A stretch of DNA of 64,000 bases from NCBI GenBank assembly GCA_021842465.1, contig JAKBZN010000006.1:4728-68727 (forward strand). The letters are read 5' to 3'. Positions 18,679 to 28,483 of the stretch are shown piece after piece (position 1 is the stretch's first letter; every line of letters starts with the position of its first letter). This DNA comes from Pseudomonadota bacterium (GTDB taxonomy: Bacteria > Pseudomonadota > Gammaproteobacteria > Burkholderiales > Burkholderiaceae_F). Made by a program: the position numbers and the translations under genes. The notes below the pieces were generated by a model. It did no database searches and was not told the origin of the DNA. It was given only the letters and a program-made list of their open reading frames with translations.

Positions 18679-20271
18679 GTGATTCGCTTGATCAACTGGC
18701 ACCGTTACTCCAAAAAGCTACCGGCCTCGCAATTCCTTCTCCTGAATGGGGCCTTGGGCATCGGACACATCGTCGTGGTGCTCGGTGCCGGCGCCTTCCT
18801 GCCCATCCTGCCGAACGTCGCGGCGAGTCTGGGCCGGGGCATGCCGTATGCGGTGTGGGGGCAAAGCGACTACGTGGCCGCGATGGCCGCGGCCTTCCTG
18901 ATCGCCCGGCCGCTCATGCGCCGCTACGGCGCCCGGCACGTCGCGCTGGGCGCCTACGTGCTGTTTGCCCTCGCCGGGCTTGCCGTCATTGCGTCCCTGT
19001 CGGTCTACCCCTTGTTCACGGCGGCACGCACCGTGCAGGGATTTGCCGCCGGCGCGAGCATCGCCCCGTCGCTCGCGCTCCTGCTCGAACAGTACCGATC
19101 GCACCACCACCGCACCGCAACCTCGCTCTGGACGCTGGCCACCTTCATGCCCTTTTCGGTCGGGCCGGCTTTGGGCGGCTATTTCGGCTATGTGCTGGGC
19201 GACTGGCGCTGGATGTTCGCGGCGTTTTCCGCGGTGATGCTGGTGGTCGCGGGCGCCATCTGGGCGCTGACCGGCAACTCGGCGCGTGATCCGGACGCAC
19301 CGCTGGCCCCGTTTTTCGGGTTGTTCGCGCTCTTTTCGGCGGCGGTGCTGGCGATCCAGGAACTCTACAACGTCGCCATTCTGAGCGACATGACGACCCA
19401 TACGCTGGCGTCGTGGTCGATCGTCGCCACGTTCCTGCTGCTCGCATGGCTGTTCTGGATCGCCAATGCGGGAAGCGAAACCCCGCTGATCCGCTTCGCC
19501 CTCTTCCGCCACCGCAACTACGCATTCGGACTCGCGATGCTCTGCATCGCGTTCATCGGCATCCAAGGCTCCCTGGTGCAGTACGTGCTGCGCATCCAGA
19601 GCATCGAAGGCTATACCGCCTGGCATGCCGGCCTGCTGTTCCTGCCGATCTTCGTCCTTTCGAAGCCGATGAGCCTACGCGCCCACCACTGGATCCACCA
19701 CGGCTACGATCCCCGGCTGCTGGCCTGCGCCGGGGCGGCGGGCTTTGCCGCGAGTTTCTGGTGGATGGGCGAGACCATGCGCCCCACCACCTGGGAAACG
19801 CTGTTGTGGCCGCAGTTGCTCGAGGGCGCGGCACTCGGCGTATTCATCACCGCGATGAACGCGATCATCCTCACCAACGTCCCTCCAGCGGAACAGATCC
19901 ACGCCGTCGACGTCATCAACACCGCGCGCACGATCGCGGCCGCCTGGATCATCGCCATGTCGGACGTCTTCTGGGATCGATACGCCGCCTCCGCACGCAG
20001 CCACCTGACCTCGCCGGACATCGGCAACGCGCACCGCTGGATCGCCGGCCACTACCCGGGATCGGTCGCTCCCGGAACCGCCTGGTTCCACGAACTGGGA
20101 ACGCGCGTCACGCAGCAGGCCGGTTGGCTTACGTTCAACGCCATGTTCCATACCCTGGCCGTCTGTTTTGCGGCATTCGCCGCGCTCATCTGGCTGGCAA
20201 GCGCCCGCCATATCTCGCATCGGGTGGACGATCTGGAACGTGTCGTCGAATCCTTGGGAGAGGACCTGTGA
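18679..20271 (+). CDS. MFS transporter, DHA2/EmrB-like efflux component
   Basis: About 14 hydrophobic segments, ARTVQGFAAG, GPALGGY, WRWMF, LF..RNY; in an operon with OMF and MFP genes. Confidence 0.85.
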   Translation: MIRLINWHRYSKKLPASQFLLLNGALGIGHIVVVLGAGAFLPILPNVAASLGRGMPYAVWGQSDYVAAMAAAFLIARPLMRRYGARHVALGAYVLFALAGLAVIASLSVYPLFTAARTVQGFAAGASIAPSLALLLEQYRSHHHRTATSLWTLATFMPFSVGPALGGYFGYVLGDWRWMFAAFSAVMLVVAGAIWALTGNSARDPDAPLAPFFGLFALFSAAVLAIQELYNVAILSDMTTHTLASWSIVATFLLLAWLFWIANAGSETPLIRFALFRHRNYAFGLAMLCIAFIGIQGSLVQYVLRIQSIEGYTAWHAGLLFLPIFVLSKPMSLRAHHWIHHGYDPRLLACAGAAGFAASFWWMGETMRPTTWETLLWPQLLEGAALGVFITAMNAIILTNVPPAEQIHAVDVINTARTIAAAWIIAMSDVFWDRYAASARSHLTSPDIGNAHRWIAGHYPGSVAPGTAWFHELGTRVTQQAGWLTFNAMFHTLAVCFAAFAALIWLASARHISHRVDDLERVVESLGEDL

Positions 20272-21689
20272 AGCACTTCCGCATCGCCTGCGGGCTCCTG
20301 GCCGCCGGCGCGCTGTCTGCCGGCTGCGTGGCCCCCCTGCCCCGATCGCCGCTGCCCATCACCTCCCTGCGCGTCGCCACGACGGGCGGGAGCGGCCACC
20401 CCGTCACGCCCGATTGGTGGCGGCAATTCGCCGACCCGCGCCTCGACCGGCTGGTGGCGGCCGCCCTGGCCGACAGTCCGGGGCTTGCCGAAGCCCGCGC
20501 CCGGGTGATGGCTGCCAACGCCGACGTCTCCCGCGTCGACGCGCTGCTCTACCCGCACGCGCAGGCAAGCGCCACGGTGATCCACGGCCACAACTCCTAC
20601 AACGGCAACCTCTACATCTACAACGGCAAGACCTATTCCCTGGGCGTCATCGATCCGCTGCAGGTCGATTACCACCTCGACCTCTGGGGAGAGGACCGCG
20701 AGCGGATCGCGGTCGCCGAGGCCGATGCCCGGATCGTCGAAGCCCGGCAGGTGCAGACCGAACTCCTGCTGACCGCCGCGGTGATCAAGACGTACTTTGC
20801 GTGGGAAACGGCGAACCACCTGGTGGCCGAACAGGAGGCCGAGGTCGAACTTGCCGACGATGCCCGCCGCATCCTCGCCACCGCCGTGCGCGCCGGCGTG
20901 CAACCGCCTTCGGCGGAGGTGACGCAGCGCGCCGCCTGGGATCACGCGCGCGCCCGGCTCACCGAACTGACCCAACACCGCACCGCACTGCGCTACGCGC
21001 TCCTGGCGCTCCTGGGCAAATCGTCGTCGGCCGTGCTGCCCGACGCGCGCGCCGATCTGCCCGCGCCGAAGACCTTTCCCTTGCCCCCGACGATCGATCT
21101 CGACGCCCTCGCGGCCCGTCCCGACATCCAGATCGCGCTATGGCACGCGCAGGCGGCCCGCCATCGCAAGAAACTGGCGAAAATCGCCTATTACCCGGAC
21201 ATCCACCTGACCGCGTTCGCGGGCCTGACCAGCCTCGGACTCGCCAAGATGTTCTATTCCAGCAGCGAGGGGTTTGCCGTTGCCCCGGCGATCCGCCTCC
21301 CCTTGTTCGAGGGGGGAGCGCTCGACGCCAATCTGCGTGCGCGCGCCGCCGCATATGACGCCACGATCTACGCCTACGACAAGACGGTCCTCGATGCGGC
21401 GGCGCAAGTCGCGACCGACCTCGCCGAACTCGACAACAGCAAGCGAAACTTCGCCGACGACGCCGATGCGCGCGAGGAGGCCAAGCGCCTGGCCGCGATT
21501 GCCGACACCGGGTACCGCAGCGGCGTGCTCCCCCGGCTCGTGCGCGTGCGCGCGCAGATCCGGCAACGCGGTGCCGACATGGCGCTTCAGAACGGAACCC
21601 TGCGCTGGCTCACCGCGATCACCGATACCGCAACCGATCTCGGCGGCGGCGCCCAGCCCTCAGCCCAACCCCTGTCGGACCCACGATGA
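20268..21689 (+). CDS. Outer membrane efflux lipoprotein (NodT/OprM family)
   Basis: GTG overlaps the MFS stop; lipobox LSAGC, WWRQFADP.L..LV..AL, LDLWG, RPDI, LPLFEGG. Confidence 0.9.
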   Translation: MKHFRIACGLLAAGALSAGCVAPLPRSPLPITSLRVATTGGSGHPVTPDWWRQFADPRLDRLVAAALADSPGLAEARARVMAANADVSRVDALLYPHAQASATVIHGHNSYNGNLYIYNGKTYSLGVIDPLQVDYHLDLWGEDRERIAVAEADARIVEARQVQTELLLTAAVIKTYFAWETANHLVAEQEAEVELADDARRILATAVRAGVQPPSAEVTQRAAWDHARARLTELTQHRTALRYALLALLGKSSSAVLPDARADLPAPKTFPLPPTIDLDALAARPDIQIALWHAQAARHRKKLAKIAYYPDIHLTAFAGLTSLGLAKMFYSSSEGFAVAPAIRLPLFEGGALDANLRARAAAYDATIYAYDKTVLDAAAQVATDLAELDNSKRNFADDADAREEAKRLAAIADTGYRSGVLPRLVRVRAQIRQRGADMALQNGTLRWLTAITDTATDLGGGAQPSAQPLSDPR

Positions 21690-22837
21690 ACACCACCCCG
21701 AAGATCAAGACCCGCTATCGACGCCTGCAATACGTCGTCGTGCTCGCCGTCCTGACGGCGCTGATGGCCTACGCCTATTGGGACCTGTTTCTGAGCACCA
21801 CGATCCGCAGCGATGATGCCTATGTGTCGGGCAACATCATTCCGGTTCAGGCGCTGGTCCCCGGCGTCGTATGGAAGGTCGATGCCGACAACAGCATGAT
21901 GGTGCGGGCGGGTCAGTCGCTGGTGGAGCAGGATCCGAACCTGTTGCGGGCGCGGATGGACGACAGCGCCGCGGCGTTGGCCGAGGCCGTGCGCCGGATC
22001 CGCAGCGAAATCGCCCAAGCTGCCCAGTCCGACCACCAACTCGCCGCATTGCGCCTCCAACGCAAGAAGATCGCCGACGATCTGCAGCGCTATGCGCTGG
22101 CCGAAGCGGGGGGAGCCATGTCCCACCAGAAAGTCGCCGACACCCGCGCCGACCTGGCGATCCTCGATCGGCAAATCGCGGCGGCCCAAGGCAACTACGC
22201 CAAGGCGCAAGCGCTCGTAGCCAACACCAACACGCGGAACAACCCGCTCGTGCTGCAGAAGCGCGCCGACTTCATCGAGCGTTACATCGAACTCCGCCGC
22301 AGCCACGTGGTGGCGCCGGTGGACGGATTCATCGCCAACCGGCGGGCCGAGGCGGGCCAGCGTGTGGCCGCGGGCCAACTGCTGATGAACGTCGTCTCGC
22401 TGGGGGATCTCTGGGTGACCGCGAACATCAAGGAGACCGAGACGGCGGGCATCCGGCCGGGACAGCCGGTGCGCATCACCAGCCATCGCTACGGCGCGGC
22501 CGCGACCTACCGCGGCAAAGTCCTGGGAATCGAGCCGGCCGGCGGCAGCACCTTCAGCCTGTTCCCCCCCGACAACGCGACCGGCAACTACATCCACATC
22601 GTCGAGCGCGTTCCGGTGCGCATCAGCCTCGACCCCAAGGATCTCGCCCGCAATCCGCTGCGCCCGGGGATGTCCGTCCACGTGGCCATCGACACCGCGC
22701 GCGGCAGCGCGCCGGCGCGGGAGTCCGTGCTGCATTCCGACGTGACCGCGGTCAGCAACAGCTACGCCACCCGCATCTATCAAACGGAAATGGCCGCGGC
22801 CGAGGCGGCGGCGGACCGCATCATCGGCTCGAACTGA
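21686..22837 (+). CDS. HlyD/EmrA family membrane fusion protein
   Basis: SDDAYVSGN, APVDG, WVTANIKET, GSTFSLFPPDNATGNYIHIVERVPVRI. Confidence 0.93.
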   Translation: MNTTPKIKTRYRRLQYVVVLAVLTALMAYAYWDLFLSTTIRSDDAYVSGNIIPVQALVPGVVWKVDADNSMMVRAGQSLVEQDPNLLRARMDDSAAALAEAVRRIRSEIAQAAQSDHQLAALRLQRKKIADDLQRYALAEAGGAMSHQKVADTRADLAILDRQIAAAQGNYAKAQALVANTNTRNNPLVLQKRADFIERYIELRRSHVVAPVDGFIANRRAEAGQRVAAGQLLMNVVSLGDLWVTANIKETETAGIRPGQPVRITSHRYGAAATYRGKVLGIEPAGGSTFSLFPPDNATGNYIHIVERVPVRISLDPKDLARNPLRPGMSVHVAIDTARGSAPARESVLHSDVTAVSNSYATRIYQTEMAAAEAAADRIIGSN

Positions 22838-24428
22838 CCAGCGCAGGAGCGGCTTGGCGCTCGCCGGGGAGCGGCTCCCGCGCGACGATTCGATCCGCCG
22901 GGGCAGGGCGGCCGAACAGGTATCCCTGCGCCGAATGACAGCCGATCGAGCGCAGGAATTCGACCTGGGCGGCACTCTCCACGCCCTCGGCAACGCTGCG
23001 CATGCCCAGGCTTTCGATCAGCATGACGCTGGCGTGCACCACGGCCCGCACGTCGGCTGCGGCGCCGAGGTCGGCGATGAAGTCTCGATCGATCTTCACC
23101 ACGTCGAACGGATACCGGCGCAGGCAAGCGAGCGACGACATGCCCGTTCCGAAGTCATCCATCGCCAGGCCGACCCCGAGGTTCCGCAGCTCCCGCAACA
23201 GATCCACCACGGCGTCCGGATCCCGCATGACGTCGCGCTCGGTGACCTCCAGCCGCAACGCCCCCGGCGGCATCCGGGCTGCCTCCATCACGGCGCGGAC
23301 ATGGGCAAGAAACGCGTCGGGATAGGCCATCTGCACGCGCGAGACATTTACGCTGACGCTGCACGGCGCCCGCGCGGGATCCCGGTCCTGCCAGGCCCGC
23401 CATTGCAGGCACGCCTGCCGTTGCACCCACTCGTCCAGCGGGATGACGAGTCCGGATTGTTCGGCGATCGGAATGAATTCCTCCGGGTCGACGACCCCCA
23501 AGCGCGGATGGTTCCACCGAAGCAGGGCCTCGACCGAATCTGCCGTCAGGCGATCCAGCGCGACGATGGGCTGATACAACAACGAGAGTTGTGCCGTCCC
23601 GATCGCCTTGCGCAACTCGGTTTCGATTCCAAACTCCCGCGACGCCTTCCGCCGCATCGGGAGGGCGAACGTCGCGATCCGCCCCGGCCCCGACCGCTTC
23701 GCGCCGTACATGGCGGTATCGACGTCGCGCAGCACCGAATCGGCACACGCAATGCATTGCTCGCTGCGTATGATCCCGACCGATGCCGTCATACGGGTTT
23801 CATGCCCCCGGACCCGGTATGGCGCATCGATCGCCTCCTGGATCCGGGTCGCGATCCGCTCCGCGGCTCCCGGCTCTCCGACACCGTCGAGCAGCACGGC
23901 GAACTCGTCTCCTCCCAGCCTTGCGACGAGGTGCCGATCGGGGCGCAGCGCGGCATTGATGCGCGCTGCCACCTGCCGCAACAAATCATCGCCGGCGGAG
24001 TGCCCCAGGGCATCGTTGACCAGCTTGAATCGGTCGAGATCGAGGAGCAGCACCGAAAATCCGCCCTCACGGCATGCCGACATGCGCCCGAGCGCCAGAT
24101 TCAATCGGTGAACGAACCACGAACGACTGGCCAAGCCGGTCACGGCATCGATACCCGCCGAGAGCGCGGAACGCCGCCGCGAAACTCGGACACGCAGCCT
24201 CCGCAGAACCTGCCGCGGCATGCGCAGGGATCCTCGCACCGGCAACGCAAGTCCGATGCCATAGAGCATGGCGCCCAGCGCAATGAACAATCCATGGCGC
24301 CCCGCGGCGCCATGGCGCACCATGCGCTCCAGCGCGAACAGCAGCGCCGCGCCGCCCAGCAGAACGGTGACGCCCCAGACCCGCAGGCCCCACGGCGTGA
24401 CGCGCGCTCCGCTTCCTGATTGCTGCAT
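22821..24428 (-). CDS. Membrane-anchored GGDEF-EAL protein (diguanylate cyclase/phosphodiesterase)
   Basis: Two N-terminal TM segments; DLDRFK.VND.LGH..GD, RLGGDEF, YQPIV, VEALLRW, DDFGTG, AEGVE. Confidence 0.92.
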   Translation of the reverse strand: MQQSGSGARVTPWGLRVWGVTVLLGGAALLFALERMVRHGAAGRHGLFIALGAMLYGIGLALPVRGSLRMPRQVLRRLRVRVSRRRSALSAGIDAVTGLASRSWFVHRLNLALGRMSACREGGFSVLLLDLDRFKLVNDALGHSAGDDLLRQVAARINAALRPDRHLVARLGGDEFAVLLDGVGEPGAAERIATRIQEAIDAPYRVRGHETRMTASVGIIRSEQCIACADSVLRDVDTAMYGAKRSGPGRIATFALPMRRKASREFGIETELRKAIGTAQLSLLYQPIVALDRLTADSVEALLRWNHPRLGVVDPEEFIPIAEQSGLVIPLDEWVQRQACLQWRAWQDRDPARAPCSVSVNVSRVQMAYPDAFLAHVRAVMEAARMPPGALRLEVTERDVMRDPDAVVDLLRELRNLGVGLAMDDFGTGMSSLACLRRYPFDVVKIDRDFIADLGAAADVRAVVHASVMLIESLGMRSVAEGVESAAQVEFLRSIGCHSAQGYLFGRPAPADRIVAREPLPGERQAAPALVSSSR

Positions 24429-24664
24429 CAACTTCTCTTTTCGATCCTGGAACATCCGTCGCGCGGAGCAAATGGCGACCGCCCGGACTGCAACGCGGGC
24501 CCGTATGATGCGTGCATTCGGAAAGGCGCGGCGACGCACCGCCGCGCGGAACTCCGGATTGATTGACCAAAATCAATGATGTGCGACGCCATCGCGCGGA
24601 ATTGCCGCCTGGCGATCCGCGTTGCGGCGGTTCGCGAAAAACGCGAGGGCAACAGCCCTGCCGT

Positions 24665-25717
24665 TCACGCCTCCGCGGTCATCCGCCACCGGCACGCTTC
24701 GCGGCCCAGCGCGGTGAACTCCTGCGCTCCCGCGATGACGGGGGGCGTTTCCTCGGGAATTCCGCGCACCAGGCGTACCGTTCCCTCGTTGCGCGGCATC
24801 CCGTAGAAATCCGGACCGAATTCGGAGGCAAACGCCTCCAGCCGATCCAGCGCGCCCGCCTGCTCGAACACCGTGGCATAGAGCGGCAGCGCGAACGGCG
24901 CGGTAAAGCAACCCGCGCAGCCGCAAGCCGATTCCTTGTCCTGTCGCGGATGCGGCGCGCTGTCCGTTCCCAGGAAGAAGCGCGGATTGCCGCTCACCGC
25001 CGCTTCCACCAGTGCGCGACGATGGTCCTCGCGCTTGAGCACCGGCAGACAGTAGTAGTGCGGACGCATGCCCGCGGAACCATCGGCTCCGACGAACATC
25101 GCGTTGCGGTTGTATGCGAGATGGTGCGCGGTGATCGTCGCCGCGATGCGCCCCGGCGCCTCGCGCACATACGCCACGGCCTCCCGGGTCGTGATGTGCT
25201 CGAGCACCACGCGCAACTGCGGAAAATCACGGCGCAGGGGAATCAGCACCTCATCGAGAAAGATCCGCTCGCGGTCGAAGACGTCGGCATCGGGGCGTGC
25301 CACCTCGCCGTGGACCAGCAAGGGCAGGTCGACTCGCTGCATGGCCTCGAGCACCGCGGTGCAGTCGGCGATCGACCGCACGCCGAATTGGGAATTGGTC
25401 GTTGCGCGTGCCGGGTAGAGCTTGACGCCGTGGACGAACCCGCTTTCGCGTGCCAGCACGATCTCCTCGGCCGATGTCGCGCCCGTCAGATACAGCGTCA
25501 TGAGCGGTTCGAATCGCATTCCCGAAGGCAAGGCCGCGAGAATGCGCGCCCGGTACGAGCGCGCCTGTTCCACCGTCGTGACCGGGTTGCGCAGATTGGG
25601 CATGACGATGGCGCGCGCAAACGTCCGTGCGGTCCAGGGAAGCACGGCCGCCATCACGGCGTCGTCGCGCAGATGCAGGTGCCAGTCATCGGGCTGGCGA
25701 ATCGAAATCGGTTCCAT
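24665..25717 (-). CDS. pyrC: Dihydroorotase (class II, homodimeric)
   Basis: PDDWHLHLRD, VMPNL, KLYP..ATTNS, LEHITT, YYCLPVLKRE, GTDSAPH; own RBS GGAGG before the ATG at 25717. Confidence 0.95.
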   Translation of the reverse strand: MEPISIRQPDDWHLHLRDDAVMAAVLPWTARTFARAIVMPNLRNPVTTVEQARSYRARILAALPSGMRFEPLMTLYLTGATSAEEIVLARESGFVHGVKLYPARATTNSQFGVRSIADCTAVLEAMQRVDLPLLVHGEVARPDADVFDRERIFLDEVLIPLRRDFPQLRVVLEHITTREAVAYVREAPGRIAATITAHHLAYNRNAMFVGADGSAGMRPHYYCLPVLKREDHRRALVEAAVSGNPRFFLGTDSAPHPRQDKESACGCAGCFTAPFALPLYATVFEQAGALDRLEAFASEFGPDFYGMPRNEGTVRLVRGIPEETPPVIAGAQEFTALGREACRWRMTAEA

Positions 25718-26458
25718 GATGATCCTCCCGGACCGGCCCGGGGACGGCCGCGGGAACGCTCCGAAAAAATGGTCGCTGTCGATATATACAACATCCGGAG
25801 CGGACGCGGCCTTCGCCCGGGCGCCGGCGATCCAACTCACCGCTCCGCACGCGTCGCCGCCCAGGAAGAACGCCCGCCAATGTACGCCAAACCCGCCCCG
25901 ATCCGCGGGTCCGAACCGGATCTGCATTGCCGATGCGTCCAGACCGGCGCCGAGCGCCTTGCCGATCGCCTCCAGCTCGCACCAGTGCGCGATCGCCTCG
26001 TCATCCCGCCACCGGGAGGCGCCCCCGCGCCAGGGCCGCAAGAACGCGCGCACCGCCTCGGCGGCGCCAGGTCGCACACGCTCGACGTCGATGCCGACGC
26101 GCGACTGCTCGCTGAACACCGCCGCGAAATGCGTCCGCCGATGGGACAACGAGCAGAATACCGGCCTTCCGGCGATGCATAGCGCCACCGGACCCGGACC
26201 CGCGGAGGCCTGGACACGCGACAACGGCGCCCCGGACCATCGCGCCGCGAGGAGCCGCAGGGCGATCCGCCCATATACGTAATCGAGCTTGCGATGCGCG
26301 CGCAGAATCCCGCGGGCCCGTGCAATCTCGGCTCGGGTGAGCAGGCCGGCCCACCGCCGCACCACGCACATGCGGTGCGCCGCCCCCGTTGCCACGACAT
26401 AGGCCACAGGCGTCGGTCGCAACCTCGGATCGGCACCCGGTTCGACGTCCATCGACAC
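24665..26458 (-). CDS. Sfp-type 4'-phosphopantetheinyl transferase (approx. 25850-26458) in one open frame with pyrC
   Basis: GRIALRLL, FCSLSH, VGIDVE and WCELEAIGKALGAGL (WxxKEA..K..G.G variant) motifs. No stop codon before the pyrC ATG, giving a 597-aa ORF. Confidence 0.72.
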   Translation of the reverse strand: MSMDVEPGADPRLRPTPVAYVVATGAAHRMCVVRRWAGLLTRAEIARARGILRAHRKLDYVYGRIALRLLAARWSGAPLSRVQASAGPGPVALCIAGRPVFCSLSHRRTHFAAVFSEQSRVGIDVERVRPGAAEAVRAFLRPWRGGASRWRDDEAIAHWCELEAIGKALGAGLDASAMQIRFGPADRGGFGVHWRAFFLGGDACGAVSWIAGARAKAASAPDVVYIDSDHFFGAFPRPSPGRSGRIIMEPISIRQPDDWHLHLRDDAVMAAVLPWTARTFARAIVMPNLRNPVTTVEQARSYRARILAALPSGMRFEPLMTLYLTGATSAEEIVLARESGFVHGVKLYPARATTNSQFGVRSIADCTAVLEAMQRVDLPLLVHGEVARPDADVFDRERIFLDEVLIPLRRDFPQLRVVLEHITTREAVAYVREAPGRIAATITAHHLAYNRNAMFVGADGSAGMRPHYYCLPVLKREDHRRALVEAAVSGNPRFFLGTDSAPHPRQDKESACGCAGCFTAPFALPLYATVFEQAGALDRLEAFASEFGPDFYGMPRNEGTVRLVRGIPEETPPVIAGAQEFTALGREACRWRMTAEA

Positions 26459-26462
26459 GCCG

Positions 26463-27737
26463 TCAGAAGAAGTACCGCGCCCCGAGCGTCACCCGGTTTC
26501 CGAGGAGACTGGCGCCGAATTCCGATCCGGCCGGACCCGCGGTGTGCGTGATCGCCAACCGGAAGTCCGCGTGTTCGGTCAGGGGCTTGATGAGTTCGAA
26601 CTCCGTCAACGTGCTGCCATCCAGACCCGACAGCACGTTGACGGAAGCTTGTCCGCCGCTGGGGAAGACATATTCGACGTGGCAAAAGAGATTGCTCGCC
26701 CACGGCAGTTCCAGCGCCTGCGCATCGAGCGCCAGCGCGTCGGCCGCAACCGCCGGGTTGGCGACCGCGCGATCCACCTGCAAGGCCGCATCCCAGCTCC
26801 GCTGCTCCGCCTTCGTCATGCCGGAATCGTTGCGCAGCAACTCCATGCGGACCCCGACCTCGGGGGAGACGTTCCACTGCACCCCCACCATCGCACGCCG
26901 ATAGAGCCCCGACGATGAACGGCGGTCGACGAAGTGGCTCCCCGTCGGATCCGGTCCGTACAGTGCCGTCGAAATCATGGGGAACCGGCTGCCGCGCTGC
27001 ACGAAGACGGCGGAATACACCGAGCCTTGCGCCCCCAGAAGGCAGCTTCCGCTTGCGCCGCCGCCCAGCGCCATGTCGCTCGGCTTTTGCAGCAAGCCCA
27101 GGCCGTGACAGGAATCGCCGGCGAAGCGGCCCACAAGCAGGCCCTGCTTGATGCCACGATTGAAGCCCGGGTTGAGGGCGTTGAAGGCATACCCGGTTGC
27201 GTCAGGCCGATCATCGCTGTAGATCGCCTCCAGCGTGTGGCGCGCGTTTCCCACCGCGTAGCGCACCGCCGGGAAGCCGTTCGACCGGTATGAATAGTCG
27301 AAAAAGTCGGTGGAGGCGATGTTGTCGGTGAGAAAATCCAGCACATGCGCATAGAACCCGTCATCGAAGGACTCGGTGTACTTGCCGATCGTCCATCGAC
27401 CGGCCAGGAAATCGCCGCCCGCCGACAGCGTCAGCAGCGATGTCCGCCGGGTCACGGTTGAGAACGTCGTCCCGTCCACCCCTCCGCGATCGAATCCGTA
27501 ATCGCTTTTGATGCGGAACGAGGTTCCATCGACGGAGCCGTCCACGACCACGGCGGCCGCGCTCCCCATTGTCGGAATGCCTGTCAGGGCACCCGGATCC
27601 ACCGCGCGACGCACCGCGGTATAAGTCCCTTTGGTAATCACGGTCTCGGAGAACGTGACGTCACCGGCGCAAACCGCCGTCGAAACCACGGACAACAGCA
27701 ACGCCCCCGCGATGACGGGGAGCCCGCGTTTCCTCAC
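26463..27737 (-). CDS. Predicted outer-membrane beta-barrel protein of unknown family (cluster-associated)
   Basis: GTG coupled to the upstream stop (GTGA), signal peptide (AVCA), amphipathic strands, C-terminal ...LGARYFF barrel signature. Confidence 0.65.
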   Translation of the reverse strand: MRKRGLPVIAGALLLSVVSTAVCAGDVTFSETVITKGTYTAVRRAVDPGALTGIPTMGSAAAVVVDGSVDGTSFRIKSDYGFDRGGVDGTTFSTVTRRTSLLTLSAGGDFLAGRWTIGKYTESFDDGFYAHVLDFLTDNIASTDFFDYSYRSNGFPAVRYAVGNARHTLEAIYSDDRPDATGYAFNALNPGFNRGIKQGLLVGRFAGDSCHGLGLLQKPSDMALGGGASGSCLLGAQGSVYSAVFVQRGSRFPMISTALYGPDPTGSHFVDRRSSSGLYRRAMVGVQWNVSPEVGVRMELLRNDSGMTKAEQRSWDAALQVDRAVANPAVAADALALDAQALELPWASNLFCHVEYVFPSGGQASVNVLSGLDGSTLTEFELIKPLTEHADFRLAITHTAGPAGSEFGASLLGNRVTLGARYFF

Positions 27738-28483
27738 TCCGCAAAACCATCCACCGTGAAGCGGTCCGCCGGACACTCCCGCGGGTCGACCTGGCGGATT
27801 TGCAATCGCGTAGACGTTCGCGGGTCTGCGGGGTCGGTAAACCAGGTTTGCACAATCAGGCGCCTGCCGTCCAGAACCGTCGGCCGGCCGTAGCGGGCAA
27901 GCTTGAACAGCTTCCCGCTGCCGAGATAAAAGCGCGCCGCGATCGGCCAGCCCGTCCGGCGGTCGACCGTTACCGCGATGCGCTGGTACGCGCGATGGGT
28001 CGTCGTCGCATGCAGATCGAGCACCATCTCGTCGTCGGTGGCCGCTGCGCGAGCCCCTTGCGCCCCCGGCTTCCACGACGGCACATAGCTGCCGATCCAG
28101 TGCGACCGGGCCAGATCGCCATAGCTCGCCTGCCCAAGGATGCGCTCGATCGGCGTGATCGCAATCGTCCTGCTGCTGTGCGGCATGCGCACCCAGACGT
28201 TCTGTCCCTGCATCAGAACGCGCTCCGACGCATAGCGCCCGCTCAGCACATCGATCTCGGCCGCATCCGCCCCGACGCAGACCCGCATGTCTTCGGCGCC
28301 CCATTTCGCGCTGGTCAGACGTATGCGCAACTGCCCCCCGCCCTTGCCGACCCGAACCAGGTCAATCGCGGCCAGCGCGGCGGCGGGATCGTCGGACGCG
28401 GTGACGGCACCGTGAGCGGGGGTGGCGGCCGCCACGATCGCGATCGCAAACCAGGAAAGGCCGGAGGGTGTCATTTCATGCAT
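27734..28483 (-). CDS. Outer-membrane lipoprotein-sorting / LolA-like periplasmic protein
   Basis: Signal peptide; VLMQGQNVW.RMP...R.I.I.P..R.LGQASYGDLA, YQRI...VD, FYL.SGKL.K motifs typical of the LolA-like family. Confidence 0.78.
   Translation of the reverse strand: MHEMTPSGLSWFAIAIVAAATPAHGAVTASDDPAAALAAIDLVRVGKGGGQLRIRLTSAKWGAEDMRVCVGADAAEIDVLSGRYASERVLMQGQNVWVRMPHSSRTIAITPIERILGQASYGDLARSHWIGSYVPSWKPGAQGARAAATDDEMVLDLHATTTHRAYQRIAVTVDRRTGWPIAARFYLGSGKLFKLARYGRPTVLDGRRLIVQTWFTDPADPRTSTRLQIRQVDPRECPADRFTVDGFAE

Noticed and set aside
18588-18680. ATG at the end of the LysR-like box as a possible cbbR remnant
   Set aside because: The translation (MHHSPPRSAPDLTQ...) has no LysR HTH similarity that I can see, and the ORF overlaps the MFS gene out of frame.
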